Shown: positions 1-11,138 of the stretch, piece by piece
Position numbering within the stretch: the first letter of the stretch is position 1
How the letters are laid out: every line of letters begins with the position of its first letter
Assembly: GCA_965237525.1 (NCBI GenBank)
Contig: CBDEFO010000003.1
Location: 352,001-416,000, forward strand
DNA length: 64,000 nucleotides
From: Candidatus Latescibacterota bacterium
GTDB lineage: Bacteria > Latescibacterota > CBDEFO01
Direction: 5' to 3'
Program-made: the position numbers and the translations under genes
Notes under the pieces: model-generated
What the model was told of the DNA's origin: nothing
The model's input: the letters and a program-made list of their open reading frames with translations, nothing else
Database searches by the model: none

Positions 1-1102
1 GCCGAATAACCAGCCTCAAGCAAGTAGCCGAACTCCTTGACTTGGACTGGAAGACAGTCAAAGCAATTGACAAGAAGTTCCTGGAGAAACAGTTGTCCAT
101 TCCGGACTACGACGGCTTAAGGATTCTAGCAGTAGATGAGGTAGCTTCCCATAAAGGCCATAACTACTTTACGGTCGTTTTGGATCTAGATCAAACCCGG
201 GTAGTCTGGGTCGGCAAAGGTCGAATTGAAGAAACCCTGGATCGGTTTTTCAAAGAACTGGGCCCACAAAGGAGCAAGCGAATAGAGGCAGTAGCCTGTG
301 ATATGTGGGACCATACATCACCTCTATCAAGGAGCACGCTCCAGGGGCCAAAATAGTATTCGATAAATTCCACGTTATCAAAACTACTGCAAGATCATAG
401 ATAAAATCAGAAATATCGAGTTTAAGAAAGCTACCGAACAGAACAAAGAGGCCATCAAAGGCACTAAATACCTCCTACTTAAGAATCGAGATAAACTAAA
501 TAATGATCAGAAAGAGCAACTTTGCAGATTGCTTGAGTTAAACCAGAACATAAACATCACCTATATGCTCAAGGACGATCTTAAAAGGCTCTGGAATTAT
601 AAATCTGCCGGCTGGGATAATCCCCAATTGATTCTATTGGGGATGTCTTGACTGTTGGATTAGCACCGCCGTAGCCAGTAATATCAAACCCCTTATGATA
701 TTTTGCTCAGACTCTGGATAACTATCGCTACGGTCTTATTAACCACTGCTATTACCCCATAGACACCAGCAACTTAGAAGGAATGAATAACAAGATCAAA
801 GTCATCAAACGCATCGCCTATGGATTTCACGATGACGCCTACTTTATCCTGCAAGATCAAACAAGGATGCTCAGCCCCATTGGATACTGAATAGCTAAAA
901 TAAAGTTCTATTGCCCAAAGAGATCGGATTCAATGTGGATATTGATCCGAGCCATAAACCTTTGACTTAACCACATTGTTACAATCCCTAACGCGACCCT
1001 AAAATCCCTTCATTATTTACCTAATTACCACTATTAACTTATACAAAAACTCAAGACACCATGAAACAGAATTACCCGCTACTACACTTTTGGGAGAAGA
1101 CC
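1..1102 (+). mobile_element. ISL3-family IS remnant (frameshifted transposase, 5' part outside window)
   Basis: Fragments read LAVDEVASHKGHNYFTVV, VACDMW, FDKFHV, LEGMNNKIKVIKRIAYGF across several frameshifts. ISL3-like right end ...CACTTTTGGGAGAAGACC at ~1085-1102. Confidence 0.85.
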
Positions 1103-1117
1103 TAAATTATAAAGCTC

Positions 1118-1146
1118 TTGACAACTCTAAGAGTGTTATGTATTCT
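1118..1146 (+). promoter_or_regulatory. sigma70-type promoter
   Basis: TTGACA-17 bp-TATTCT. Confidence 0.55.
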
Positions 1147-1238
1147 AAATGGTGTTGCACAGGCGATGAAAAATGCATAATTTGCAGGAGGGGCTGTCTA
1201 TGAGAGAACTGTAGATAGCGCCTTAGAGTATTCTTGAT

Positions 1239-1259
1239 CCCCGATAGATTCAATCGGGG
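1239..1259. repeat. 21-bp palindromic repeat family A (CCCCGATAGATTCAATCGGGG), first copy
   Basis: Other copies at ~4262, 17081, 21153, 27437, 30550, 37586, 48128 and 55772, in both orientations. Confidence 0.9.
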
Positions 1260-1289
1260 AGGGATGTTCTGGGCGTTTTTCTGTTTATG

Positions 1290-1430
1290 CTAGTGCTTTA
1301 CCAATTAATTATAATGGATAGAGTCGTTTGAGTTTAATCCGTGCCTTTTTCGTCGTGAAGTGCCAATGCGCAGTAGCTTGAGCTGCATTTCGTTCATTTT
1401 CTCAAGCGGGGATTTCTTGGCGCAGTGTAG
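1290..1430 (-). pseudogene. IS630-family transposase C-terminal remnant with right end
   Basis: Minus strand reads TLRQEIPA*ENERNAAQATAHWHFTTKKARIKLKRLYPL*, the typical IS630 C-terminus, followed by an end ...AAAGCACTAG. Confidence 0.75.
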
Positions 1431-2194
1431 GCTCATCCCCAATTCGCCGGCCTACGATCCACACTATCACTTCCAACAGGCTATCGAAGCTGGCTGTAAT
1501 GCCTATGCCGCACCGCTGGGCTTTCTAGAGGCGGGGGTGGCTGAGTACGCCGGGCAGATCCCGCTTATCCTCAAGCTGAACAATCACGTATGTTACAGGA
1601 CGAGAAGGACCCCCTGAGCGCGCAAACGGCCTCGGTGTCCGATGCCCTGCGGCTGGGGTGCGTAGGCATCGGCTATACGATCTATCCTGGAACTGCCGAG
1701 CGGCGGCTGCAATACGAGCAGTTGAGAGAACTTGTGCGTAAAGCCAAATCAGTGGGGTTGGTTGTCGTGGTGTGGTCGTATCCGAGAGGCAGCGGGTTGA
1801 GCAAAGACGGAGAGACCGCTCTGGAGGTAGCGGCTACGCTGCTCAAATTACGGCACAACTGGGTGCATACATCATTAAGGTCAAGCTGCCCTCTGTACAT
1901 ATTGAACTGGACGCAGCTAAAGAAGTCTACGAGACGTATGGCATCGCACGAGAGACGTTGGCATAGCGGGTTAGGCACGTGGTTCAAAGCACGTTCAACG
2001 GGCGTCGGATTGTGATCTTCTCGGGAGGCGCGAAGAAGGAAGATGATGAAGCTCTCCTGGAAGAAGCGCGAGCAATCCGTGAGGGGGGAGGGTTTGGCTC
2101 CATCATCGGACGCAATGTGTTCCAGAGCGAAAAGTCAGAAGCCCTGCATCTGCTCGACAAGATGATCAAGACCTACAAAGGAGAGGTTCAATGA
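1431..2194 (+). pseudogene. fbaB: class I fructose-bisphosphate aldolase (DhnA/FbaB type), 5'-truncated, frameshifted, internal stop
   Basis: AYDPHYHF, IPLILKLN, GYTIYPG, WSYPRG, IIKVKLP and GSIIGRN spread over several frames; TAG at 1964-1966. Confidence 0.85.
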
Positions 2195-4260
2195 CTCGGC
2201 AACCAGATATCGATCAGTTGTCCATCAACACGATTCGGACCCTGTCCATGGACGCGGTTCAGGTAGCCAACTCGGGTCATCCCGGCACGGCTATGGCCAT
2301 GGCGCCCGTTGTCTATTGCCTGTGGCAGCGATTCTTGCGGTTTGATCCGGAAGACCCGATCTGGCCAAATCGAGATCGATTCGTGCTGTCGATCGGTCAC
2401 GCTTCGATGCTGCTTTACTCCACGCTGTACCTGTGCGGTGTCAAGGCGGTGAACCCCAAATACGAACGACTGGGTGAGCTGTCGGTGACGCTCGACGACA
2501 TCAAACGGTTTCGCCAGCTCGGGAGCAGATGCCCTGGGCATCCGGAATATCGTTGGACATCCGGCGTTGAGACGACAACCGGCCCTCTGGGCCAAGGCGT
2601 AGCGACCAGCGTGGGTATGGCCCTGGGCGGACGTTGGATGGCCGAATACTTCAATCGCCCGGACTTTGAGCTGTTCAATTACGATCTCTACGCCCTGTGC
2701 GGCGACGGCTGTATGATGGAAGGCGTCTCCGGGGAGGCCGCCTCGCTGGCCGGACACCTCCGACTCTCGAACTTGTGCTGGATCTACGACAACAACAGGA
2801 TCACCATCGAGGGCCACACCGATTGGGCCTTCACCGAAGACGTGGCAACGCGCTTCATCGCCTACGGCTGGAACGTTACCCGCGTAGGCGACGCCAACGA
2901 CCTAAAGATGCTCGACCGCGCCTTCCGAACGTTCAAGATCACGCCCGACAGACCCACGTTGATCGTTGTGGACAGCCATATCGCCTACGGGGCGCCCCAC
3001 AAGCAGGACACCAGCGCGGCTCACGGCGAACCCCTGGGTGAGGAGGAGATCCGGCTGACCAAACGGAACTACGGTTGGCCGGAGGATAAAGCGTTCTGGG
3101 TACCTGACGAGGTCCGAGCTCATTTCGGTGAGGGTGTGGGCAAGCGCGGGCGGTCCGTGCGCGAGGCGTGGTTCACCAGGTTTGAAGACTACAAAACGGA
3201 GTATCCCGAGCTGGCCGATCACCTCTACAAGATGCAGCACCGCCAGCTTCCCGACGGCTGGGACAAAGGCTTGCCCATCTTCTCACCTGACCCAAAGGGA
3301 AGTGCCGGACGCGACGCCTCCAGCCAGGTGCTCAACGTCCTTGCCCAAAACTTGCCCTGGCTGATCGGCGGCTCGGCGGACCTGACGCCCTCAACCAAGA
3401 CCCGCCTTACGTTCGAAGGGGCAGGTGATTTCACCGCTGAGCATAACCAGGGGCGGAACCTCCACTTCGGTGTCCGTGAGCATGCGATGTCGGCTATCCT
3501 GAACGGATTGTCACTCTGCAAGATCCGTCCCTACGGCTCTGGATTCCTGATCTTCAGCGATTACTTCCGGCCCGCCATCCGGCTGAGTGCCCTTATGGAA
3601 ATCCCCGTCATTTACATCCTCACGCACGACTCCATCGGCGTGGGCGAAGATGGACCCACCCACCAACCAGTGGAGCAGTTGGCCTCGCTGCGCTCCATTC
3701 CGGGGTTGATTACGTTACGGCCAGCAGATTCCAACGAGGTGGTGGAGGCCTGGCGGGTGATCATGGCACTGCATCACGAACCGGCGACTCTCATCCTCAG
3801 CCGGCAGCCGCTGCCCACCCTGGATCGATCGAAATACGCCCCGGCATCCGGAGTCCAGGAGGGCGCCTACGTGCTGGCCGATGCCGACGGGGGCAAGCCC
3901 GATGTCCTGCTGCTGGCCAGCGGCAGTGAGGTATCGTTGTGCGTTCAAGCGTATGAACAGCTCAAGGCCGATGGGATCCATGCCCGCGTGGTGAGCATGC
4001 CATCCTGGGAGTTGTTCGATCGACAGGATCAAACATACCGGGAGCATGTTATGCCTCCGGAGATCACGGCGCGTGTCTCCGTGGAACAGGCCTCCACCCT
4101 GGGATGGGAGCGATACGTCGGACCAACAGGCCAGATCATCGGTATGTACACCTTCGGGGCTTCGGCGCCGCTGGTGGAATTACAAAGGAAGTATGGTTTT
4201 ACCCCCGAGCGCGTGGTCGCCGCTGCCAGGGAGCAGGTGGCAAAAGAAGCGCAGGATTAA
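2191..4260 (+). CDS. tkt: transketolase
   Basis: 689 aa; SGHPG, GHPE, TTGPLGQG, GDGCMMEG, THDSIGVGEDGPTHQP motifs. Confidence 0.97.
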   Translation: MTRQPDIDQLSINTIRTLSMDAVQVANSGHPGTAMAMAPVVYCLWQRFLRFDPEDPIWPNRDRFVLSIGHASMLLYSTLYLCGVKAVNPKYERLGELSVTLDDIKRFRQLGSRCPGHPEYRWTSGVETTTGPLGQGVATSVGMALGGRWMAEYFNRPDFELFNYDLYALCGDGCMMEGVSGEAASLAGHLRLSNLCWIYDNNRITIEGHTDWAFTEDVATRFIAYGWNVTRVGDANDLKMLDRAFRTFKITPDRPTLIVVDSHIAYGAPHKQDTSAAHGEPLGEEEIRLTKRNYGWPEDKAFWVPDEVRAHFGEGVGKRGRSVREAWFTRFEDYKTEYPELADHLYKMQHRQLPDGWDKGLPIFSPDPKGSAGRDASSQVLNVLAQNLPWLIGGSADLTPSTKTRLTFEGAGDFTAEHNQGRNLHFGVREHAMSAILNGLSLCKIRPYGSGFLIFSDYFRPAIRLSALMEIPVIYILTHDSIGVGEDGPTHQPVEQLASLRSIPGLITLRPADSNEVVEAWRVIMALHHEPATLILSRQPLPTLDRSKYAPASGVQEGAYVLADADGGKPDVLLLASGSEVSLCVQAYEQLKADGIHARVVSMPSWELFDRQDQTYREHVMPPEITARVSVEQASTLGWERYVGPTGQIIGMYTFGASAPLVELQRKYGFTPERVVAAAREQVAKEAQD

Positions 4261-4304
4261 GCCCCGATTGAGTCTATCGGGGATCAGGAGAAGGAGGACG
4301 GAGC

Positions 4305-7115
4305 ATGGGGAACTTACACGAACTGGCCCAACTGGGCCAATCCATTTGGTACGATTACATTCGTCGTGCTTTCATCACCTCAGGAGAGCTGCAGGCATTG
4401 ATTGACGAAGGCTTGCGTGGTGTCACCTCCAACCCAACGATCTTTGAGAAGGCCATCGCCGGCAGTGTGGACTATGACGAAGATCTGCAAAAATTGGTGA
4501 CAGCGGGGAAGTCTATTAACGAAATCTACGAGGCCTTGGTGCTGGATGATATCGTGCGCGCCGCTGATCTGTTGCACCCGGTGTATGAGGCGACGGACGG
4601 CGCCGACGGCTACGTCAGCCTGGAGGTCAGTCCAACGCTGGCGCACGACACGAACGGCACGATTGCTGAAGCTCGGCGTCTCTTTGCCGCACTGGAGCGG
4701 CCAAACGTGATGATCAAGGTGCCGGCCACGCCTGCCGGCATCCCGGCTATCGAGACGCTCATCGGCGAGGGCATCAACGTCAACATCACACTGATCTTCT
4801 CTCTGGCGCAGTACAAGGCTGTGGCCGAAGCGTATCTGACCGGCCTTGAAAAGCGGGCAGCCAGCGGCGGGGACTTAAGACAGGTAGCCTCGGTGGCCTC
4901 CCTGTTCGTCAGCCGACTGGATACAACGATAGATGAGGCACTATCGCATGTCGAGGATGAATCGCTTGCGGCAGGTTTAAGTTTAAGGGGCAAAATTGCC
5001 ATTGCCAATGCCAAATCAGTCTATGCGGCCTTTCGGGAGATATTCAGCGGTCCCCGCTGGGATGGGCTGGCCGCTCAGGGTGCGCGGGTGCAGAGACCCC
5101 TGTGGGCCAGCACCGGCACCAAGAATCCCCTGTATCCGGAGGCACTCTATGTGGACCAATTGATCGGCCCAGATACCGTGAATACCGTACCACCGGCGAC
5201 CCTTAATGTATTTCGTGATCACGGCACGGTCTCGGAAACGCTCACCAAGGGTCAGGACGAGGCGGAGGCCCAACTGGCTCAGTTAGAGGATTTGGCAATC
5301 GACCTGAACGCCATCATCCAGAAGCTGCAGGACGATGGCGTGGCGGCCTTCGCCGGGTCCTTCGAAACCCTGATGGCCAGCATTGCCGAAAAACGGGATG
5401 GCCTGCTGGCAGGACAGAAAGGCTATACAGTCAGGATGGGTGACCATCATCAGGCGGCTTTCGATGTGGCCCTGGCCGACCTGAAAGCCAACCGGGTGAT
5501 GGACCGCATCTGGGCGCACGATCACACCGTCTGGAAGCCGGGTCCTGCTGAGATTGACAACCGGCTGGGCTGGTTGCACAGCCCGGATGTAATGATGGAG
5601 CAGCTTCCGCAGATCCATCAATTCGTGGATGCCGTGCGCAGAGACGGCTACACGCATGCCCTGCTGCTGGGGATGGGCGGCTCCAGCCTGGCCCCGGAGG
5701 TCTTTCGCAAAACCTTCGGGGTGGCGGCGGGCTATCTGGACCTGGCTGTGCTGGACAGCACCGACCCGGCCGCCGTGCTGGCCCAGGCGGAGCGGCTTGA
5801 TCCGGACCACACCCTCTTCATCGTCTCCACCAAATCGGGCGGCACGGTGGAGACCTTTTCCTTCTTCACGTTTTTCTATAACCGGGTCGCGCAGGCGATG
5901 GGCGCAGACCGGGTCGGAGAGCACTTTATCGCCATCACCGACCCCGGTAGCAAACTGGCCGACCTGGCCGGGCACTATCATTTCCGGGCCACATTCCTCA
6001 ACGACCCGAACATCGGCGGGCGCTACTCGGCACTTTCCCATTTCGGGCTGGTGCCGGCAGCGCTGATCGGTATGGACGTGGCGTCCCTGCTCGACCGGGC
6101 CATGACAGCCGTGTGCAATTGCGAGGGATGCAACTGCCCGGAAAAAGGGGATAATACAGGGGCCCGGCTGGGCACCGCAATGGGTGAACTGGCCAACATT
6201 GGGCGGGACAAACTGACGCTGATCGCCTCGCCGCCTATCGCCGCCTTTGGCACCTGGGTCGAACAGCTCATTGCCGAAAGCACCGGTAAGGACGGCAAAG
6301 GCATCTTACCTGTTGATGGCGAGTCCTTGGGGGTGCCCAATGTGTACGGCAACGACCGCCTCTTTGTCTACCTGCACCTGGATGGAGATGAGACCTACGA
6401 TGACGCCGTAGAGGCCCTGATAGGGGCCGGCCATCCTATGATACAGATCGATCTGCGAGACCTGTACGATCTGGGCGGTGAATTCTTCCGCTGGCAGATG
6501 GCGACTGCCGTGGCCGGGCATCGGCTGGGGATTCACCCCTTTGACCAGCCCGATGTGGAATCTGCCAAAGTGCTGGCCCGCGAAATGGCGGCGGCCTATC
6601 AGAGGGAGGGGACGTTGCCTACGCTGACCCCTGCGCTTGAGGCTGACGGAATCACGGTTTACACAGATGCGGCGGCAGACAGCATAGAAGGTGCGATGAA
6701 TGCGTTCCTAGCCCAGGCCCGGCCGGGAGATTACGTTTCCGTGCACGCCTACGTCCAGCCTGCTGATGAGACCAGCGCCGCTTTGCGAGAGCTGCACACC
6801 CGGATACGCGATCGACTGCGGCTGGCGACAACCGTCGGCTATGGACCACGCTTCCTGCACTCCACCGGCCAACTGCACAAGGGCGATGCTGGCAATGGGC
6901 TCTTTATCCAGTTCACGGCCGATGACCCGCAGGATACTCCCATTCCCGACGAGGCGGGCGCGCCCTCTTCGTCCATCACATTTGGCGTGCTCAAGGCAGC
7001 TCAGGCCCTGGGCGACCGGCAGGCGCTGCTGAAGGCCGGGCGGCGCGTGATCCGCTTCCATCTGGGTAAGAACGTCGTTGGCGGATTGAAGCACCTGACG
7101 GAGGTGCTCGGATGA
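4305..7115 (+). CDS. bifunctional transaldolase / glucose-6-phosphate isomerase
   Basis: N-terminal GVTSNPTIF, VMIKVP, LWASTG (Tal); C-terminal GMGGSSL, KSGGT, GGRYS, QLIAESTGK, PFDQPDVE (Pgi). Confidence 0.95.
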   Translation: MGNLHELAQLGQSIWYDYIRRAFITSGELQALIDEGLRGVTSNPTIFEKAIAGSVDYDEDLQKLVTAGKSINEIYEALVLDDIVRAADLLHPVYEATDGADGYVSLEVSPTLAHDTNGTIAEARRLFAALERPNVMIKVPATPAGIPAIETLIGEGINVNITLIFSLAQYKAVAEAYLTGLEKRAASGGDLRQVASVASLFVSRLDTTIDEALSHVEDESLAAGLSLRGKIAIANAKSVYAAFREIFSGPRWDGLAAQGARVQRPLWASTGTKNPLYPEALYVDQLIGPDTVNTVPPATLNVFRDHGTVSETLTKGQDEAEAQLAQLEDLAIDLNAIIQKLQDDGVAAFAGSFETLMASIAEKRDGLLAGQKGYTVRMGDHHQAAFDVALADLKANRVMDRIWAHDHTVWKPGPAEIDNRLGWLHSPDVMMEQLPQIHQFVDAVRRDGYTHALLLGMGGSSLAPEVFRKTFGVAAGYLDLAVLDSTDPAAVLAQAERLDPDHTLFIVSTKSGGTVETFSFFTFFYNRVAQAMGADRVGEHFIAITDPGSKLADLAGHYHFRATFLNDPNIGGRYSALSHFGLVPAALIGMDVASLLDRAMTAVCNCEGCNCPEKGDNTGARLGTAMGELANIGRDKLTLIASPPIAAFGTWVEQLIAESTGKDGKGILPVDGESLGVPNVYGNDRLFVYLHLDGDETYDDAVEALIGAGHPMIQIDLRDLYDLGGEFFRWQMATAVAGHRLGIHPFDQPDVESAKVLAREMAAAYQREGTLPTLTPALEADGITVYTDAAADSIEGAMNAFLAQARPGDYVSVHAYVQPADETSAALRELHTRIRDRLRLATTVGYGPRFLHSTGQLHKGDAGNGLFIQFTADDPQDTPIPDEAGAPSSSITFGVLKAAQALGDRQALLKAGRRVIRFHLGKNVVGGLKHLTEVLG

Positions 7116-7776
7116 TTCAGGCGATGATCTTTGACCTGGACGGCATGCTGGTGCAGACGGAGCGGCTCAAAGCCATCTCCTATGCCCAGTCCGCCGTGGA
7201 ACTCTGTCCCGACGCGCTGACTGAAGCGCAGGTTATAGAGGCGTTCAAAGAGGTCGTGGGCCTTTCGCGCCAGGAGGTGGCTGTGGCGTTGATGGAACGG
7301 TTCGGTCTGGCAGATGCGCGCCCGGGCGCGTATGGCCGAATTTGGAGTAAGCACACCCCGGCAGGCGTTCGTGCAGGTGCGCCTGCGCATCTACGAGGCG
7401 ATGCTGGCCGACCCGGAGGTAGCTGCGCCGCAATCCAATGGCCGCACAACGTCGCCCTGCTGCATGAGGCTCGGAGAAGCGGCTGCTGGACAGGCCTGGC
7501 CACGAAGTGGAACAGGGCAAGCCCGACCCGGAAATCTATCTCTTGGTTTCATGTGAGCTGGACATCCCCGCGGCCCAATGTCTGGTCATCGAGGATTCGC
7601 CCGCTGGCGTGAAGGCAGCGTTAGCAGCAGGGATGTGGTGCATTGCCGTGACCACGCCCTTTGCCCGCCAGGCGGTCCACGCCGAACAGTGTCTGGACGA
7701 ACGCTGGATCGTGGACGATTCGAGCACACTGACCGCCGTGGCATAGCGGATGGCTGCGGAACGGGAGCCAGACTGA
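7112..7776 (+). pseudogene. HAD-family phosphatase, frameshifted/deleted
   Basis: IFDLDG motif I, then GKPDPEIY and VIEDSPAG in another frame; TAG at 7744-7746. Confidence 0.85.
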
Positions 7777-7855
7777 GGAGCGGGCAGAGTGAACGTAGAC
7801 CTCACCCAACTCAAGCAACAGGCCGCTATCGACCTTTAAAGAAAGGAGCAAGGCT

Positions 7856-8767
7856 ATGGAACTGGCATTGGTCGGTTTAGGCAGGATGGGTGCCAATATA
7901 ACCACGCGCTTGCTGCGCGGTGGTCACCAGATTGTTGCCTACGATCTGAATGAGTCTGTTATTCAGGCGGCCGAGGGCGAAGGCGCAGAAGGGGCGCGTA
8001 CGCTGGCCGAGGTGGCGGAAAAATTGCAGATGCCGCGAGTCGTGTGGATCATGGTGCCAGCCGGGGACCCTACGGAGCAGACGATCGAGGAACTGGCCGA
8101 GCATCTAACGCCCGGCGACACGGTTGTGGACGGTGGCAACAGCAACTACAAGGACTCGCTGCGGCGTGCGGACACGCTCCAAGAGAGGGAACTGCATTTC
8201 GTGGACGTGGGTACCAGTGGCGGCGTGTGGGGGCTGACCGAGGGCTACAGTATGATGGTCGGAGGCGAGGTAGCAGCTATAGAACGGCTGCGCCCCATCT
8301 TCGAGACGCTGGCCCCGGCGCCGGACAAAGGCTGGGGGCACGTCGGTCCCAACGGAGCAGGCCACTTCGTGAAGATGGTGCACAACGGCATCGAATATGG
8401 CCTGATGGAGGCTTATGCCGAGGGGTTTGAATTGATGCAGCACAAGACAGAGTTCGGCCTGGACATGCACCAGATCGCTGAAATCTGGCGCGACGGCAGC
8501 GTGGTGCGCTCCTGGCTGCTGGATCTGACCGCAAAGGCGCTGGCTGAGAACCCGGCACTGGAGGGCATCGCTGCCTACGTGTCCGATTCTGGTGAGGGAC
8601 GCTGGACGGTGGTCGAAGCGATCGAATTGAACTGTTCCATTCCTGTCATCACCCTGGCGCTGGAGCGTCGTTTTCGCTCCCGAGAAAAAACGCCTTTCAG
8701 TGACAAGTTGCTGGCTGCTATGCGCCATCAGTTCGGCGGTCATGAGATCAAGGAGGAGGAGGAGTCC
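7856..8767 (+). CDS. gnd: 6-phosphogluconate dehydrogenase (short decarboxylating type); no stop, reads on into zwf
   Basis: GLGRMG, DGGNS, DVGTSGG, KMVHNGIEYG, SGEGRW, FGGH motifs. Confidence 0.9.
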
Positions 8768-10226
8768 ATGCCCAACGCCAGTATCGAACACCACCTCTTT
8801 GTGATCTTGGGCGTGACGGGCGACCTCACGCGCCGTAAGCTGCTCCCGGCCGTCTACCACCTGACGGCCCAGGGGATTCTGATGGATCGCTGTTTGATCG
8901 TTGGCGTAGCCCGGAAAGCGGATCTCGATGACAACGGTTTCCGGGTCTGGGTGCGTGAGATCCTCAAGGACGCCGGGTTTTCAGTTATAGCACTCGAACG
9001 CTGGTGTGACCGATGTCTCTACTATCGGCCCATCGGAGGGGGGAGCAGCGAGGACTATCAGGCCCTAGCAGATCGCATCAAAGCCCTGGAAGGGGAGCAC
9101 AATCTGTCTGGCAACCGGGCCTTTCTACCTCGCCCTGCCACCCACCGCCTTTCCCGATGCCATCGCGGGACTCGGAGAGGCCGTGCTGAATGACACCCCC
9201 GGCTGGACACGCCTTGTGATAGAAAAGCCTTTCGGGCGAGATTTGCATTCGGCTCAGGAACTGAATCGCCTGGTTCACAGGTATTTTGATGAATCCCAGG
9301 TGTATCGCATCGATCACTACCTGGGAAAGGAGACCATGCAGAATCTGCTCGTCTTTCGCTTCGCCAACCCGATCTTTGAATCCCTCTGGAACCGCGATCG
9401 TGTGGAAAGCGTTCGGAGCACGGTCGCCGAGGAGCTGGGGGTCGAAGGACGGGCGGATTACTACGAGGGGACCGGCGCGTTGCGGGATATGGTGCAGAAC
9501 CACCTGACCCAGTTCCTGGCACTGATTGCGATGGAGATTCCAACGAGCTTCGAGTCGGATGCCATTCGCCACGAGAAGATGAAGGTGCTGCGCTCTCTGG
9601 CACCGCTTCGGCCCGAGCAGGCGGTTCTGGGTCAATATACACGCGGGGAGGTTGATGGACACGAGGTGCCCGGTTATCGGGAAGAACCGGATATTGCCCT
9701 CGATTCCCGGACCGAGACCTTTGTGGCCCTGCGTGTGGAGGTGGACAGTTGGCGCTGGCAGGGGGTGCCCTTTTATCTCTGCACCGGCAAGCGGCTCTCT
9801 TGGAAGCTGACCCAGATCGACGTGGTTTTCCGGGAGCCTCCTATCTGTTTCTTCCATGCCTTTGAGGCGTGCAAACCCAATCCCAACGTGCTTAAAATCT
9901 CCCTTCAGCCCGACGAAGGGTTTGACCTGTGTTTTGAAGTGAAGGCACCGGGCGAGTCTCTTGAGTTGAAATCACAGACGCTGCATTTTGGATATCAGGA
10001 TGCATTTGGTTCCCCACCGGATGCATATCAGACCCTGATCCTGGATGTGATGAAAGGGGATCAGACGCTCTTTATACACGGGGATGAAGTCGAAACCTCC
10101 TGGCGATTTTATGCCCCGTTGCTGGCGACGGAAAACGCCGTGAATTTCTATCGTGCCGGCACATGGGGTCCGCAAGAGTCGGATCAACTCCTGGCTGAGA
10201 GGGGACAGCGATGGGAAATCACGTGA
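8768..10226 (+). pseudogene. zwf: glucose-6-phosphate 1-dehydrogenase, frameshift near 9121
   Basis: GVTGDLTRRKL in the first frame; EKPFG, RIDHYLGKE, DMVQNH in ORF 9183-10226; expected FYLALPP is broken at gcc-ttt-cta-cct. Confidence 0.9.
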
Positions 10227-10963
10227 GCCCTGAGGTCTGTGTGCATCCAGACCTGGCGTCCCTAAGCCGGGCAGCCGCCGAAAGGCTGGGGGAGCTGGCC
10301 CTCAAGGCCGTGGCCGAGAGAAGCTGCTTTGCATTAGGTTTGGCTGGAGGAAATACGCCGAGGAAACTCTATCAGATCCTGGCAGAGGCATATCGTGAGC
10401 ACATTCCCTGGAGTGAGGTTCACCTCTTCTGGGGCGATGAGCGCTGTGTGCCTCCAGATCATCCCGAGAGCAACTTCGGCATGGCCTACGAGACGTTGAT
10501 TTCAAAGATCCAGATCCCACCACACCAGGTGCATCGCATCCCCGTCGAGCTGGACACCCCTGAAAGAGCGGCCGAAGCTTACGAGATAACACTCCGTGAA
10601 TTCCTTGGCCACACGTCTCCTGTCCTGGATTTGGTCCTGCTTGGGGTGGGGGCAGACGGCCACACGGCCTCGCTGTTCCCGGGCGACAGCGTCTTGGAGG
10701 AGCAGGGACGCTGGGTTAAACCTGTCCACGCCCCTCTAGAGTACGCGACACGCCGGCGAGTCACGCTGACGCTGCCAGTACTTAACCGCGCAAGCTACAT
10801 GTTCCTTCTTGTGTCAGGAACCGAAAAACAGAAGGTCGTGCAAACGATCCTGAGAGACCCGAAGAGGGCAAGGGAGTGGTATCCCGCCGCCATGACCCGC
10901 TCCAGTGGCAGAGGAGGAACCGTCTGGTTTCTCGATGAAGCAGCTTTAGGACGAACGGACTGA
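10223..10963 (+). CDS. pgl: 6-phosphogluconolactonase
   Basis: GGNTP, FWGDERCVP, LGVGADGHTASLFP; GTG start overlaps the zwf stop. Confidence 0.93.
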   Translation: MSPEVCVHPDLASLSRAAAERLGELALKAVAERSCFALGLAGGNTPRKLYQILAEAYREHIPWSEVHLFWGDERCVPPDHPESNFGMAYETLISKIQIPPHQVHRIPVELDTPERAAEAYEITLREFLGHTSPVLDLVLLGVGADGHTASLFPGDSVLEEQGRWVKPVHAPLEYATRRRVTLTLPVLNRASYMFLLVSGTEKQKVVQTILRDPKRAREWYPAAMTRSSGRGGTVWFLDEAALGRTD

Positions 10964-10964
10964 A

Positions 10965-11135
10965 AGGTCGCCTGCAGACATAATAACGTCTATCTGGTCA
11001 TTTGGATGGACGTGTTCACGATGCCGGTTGAGGACGAGGGGTACCGCATTGTGGTCGCCTCAGATGTCAAAAGCGGCCTTGCAACAGATAAAGACGGTGC
11101 ATCCGGACCTGGCGGTATTTGTATATCTGGGGGAG
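10965..11135 (+). pseudogene. possible receiver-domain remnant
   Basis: Fragments LVILD..MP and LQQIKTVHPDLAVFVY in different frames. Confidence 0.3.
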
Positions 11136-11138
11136 TCG

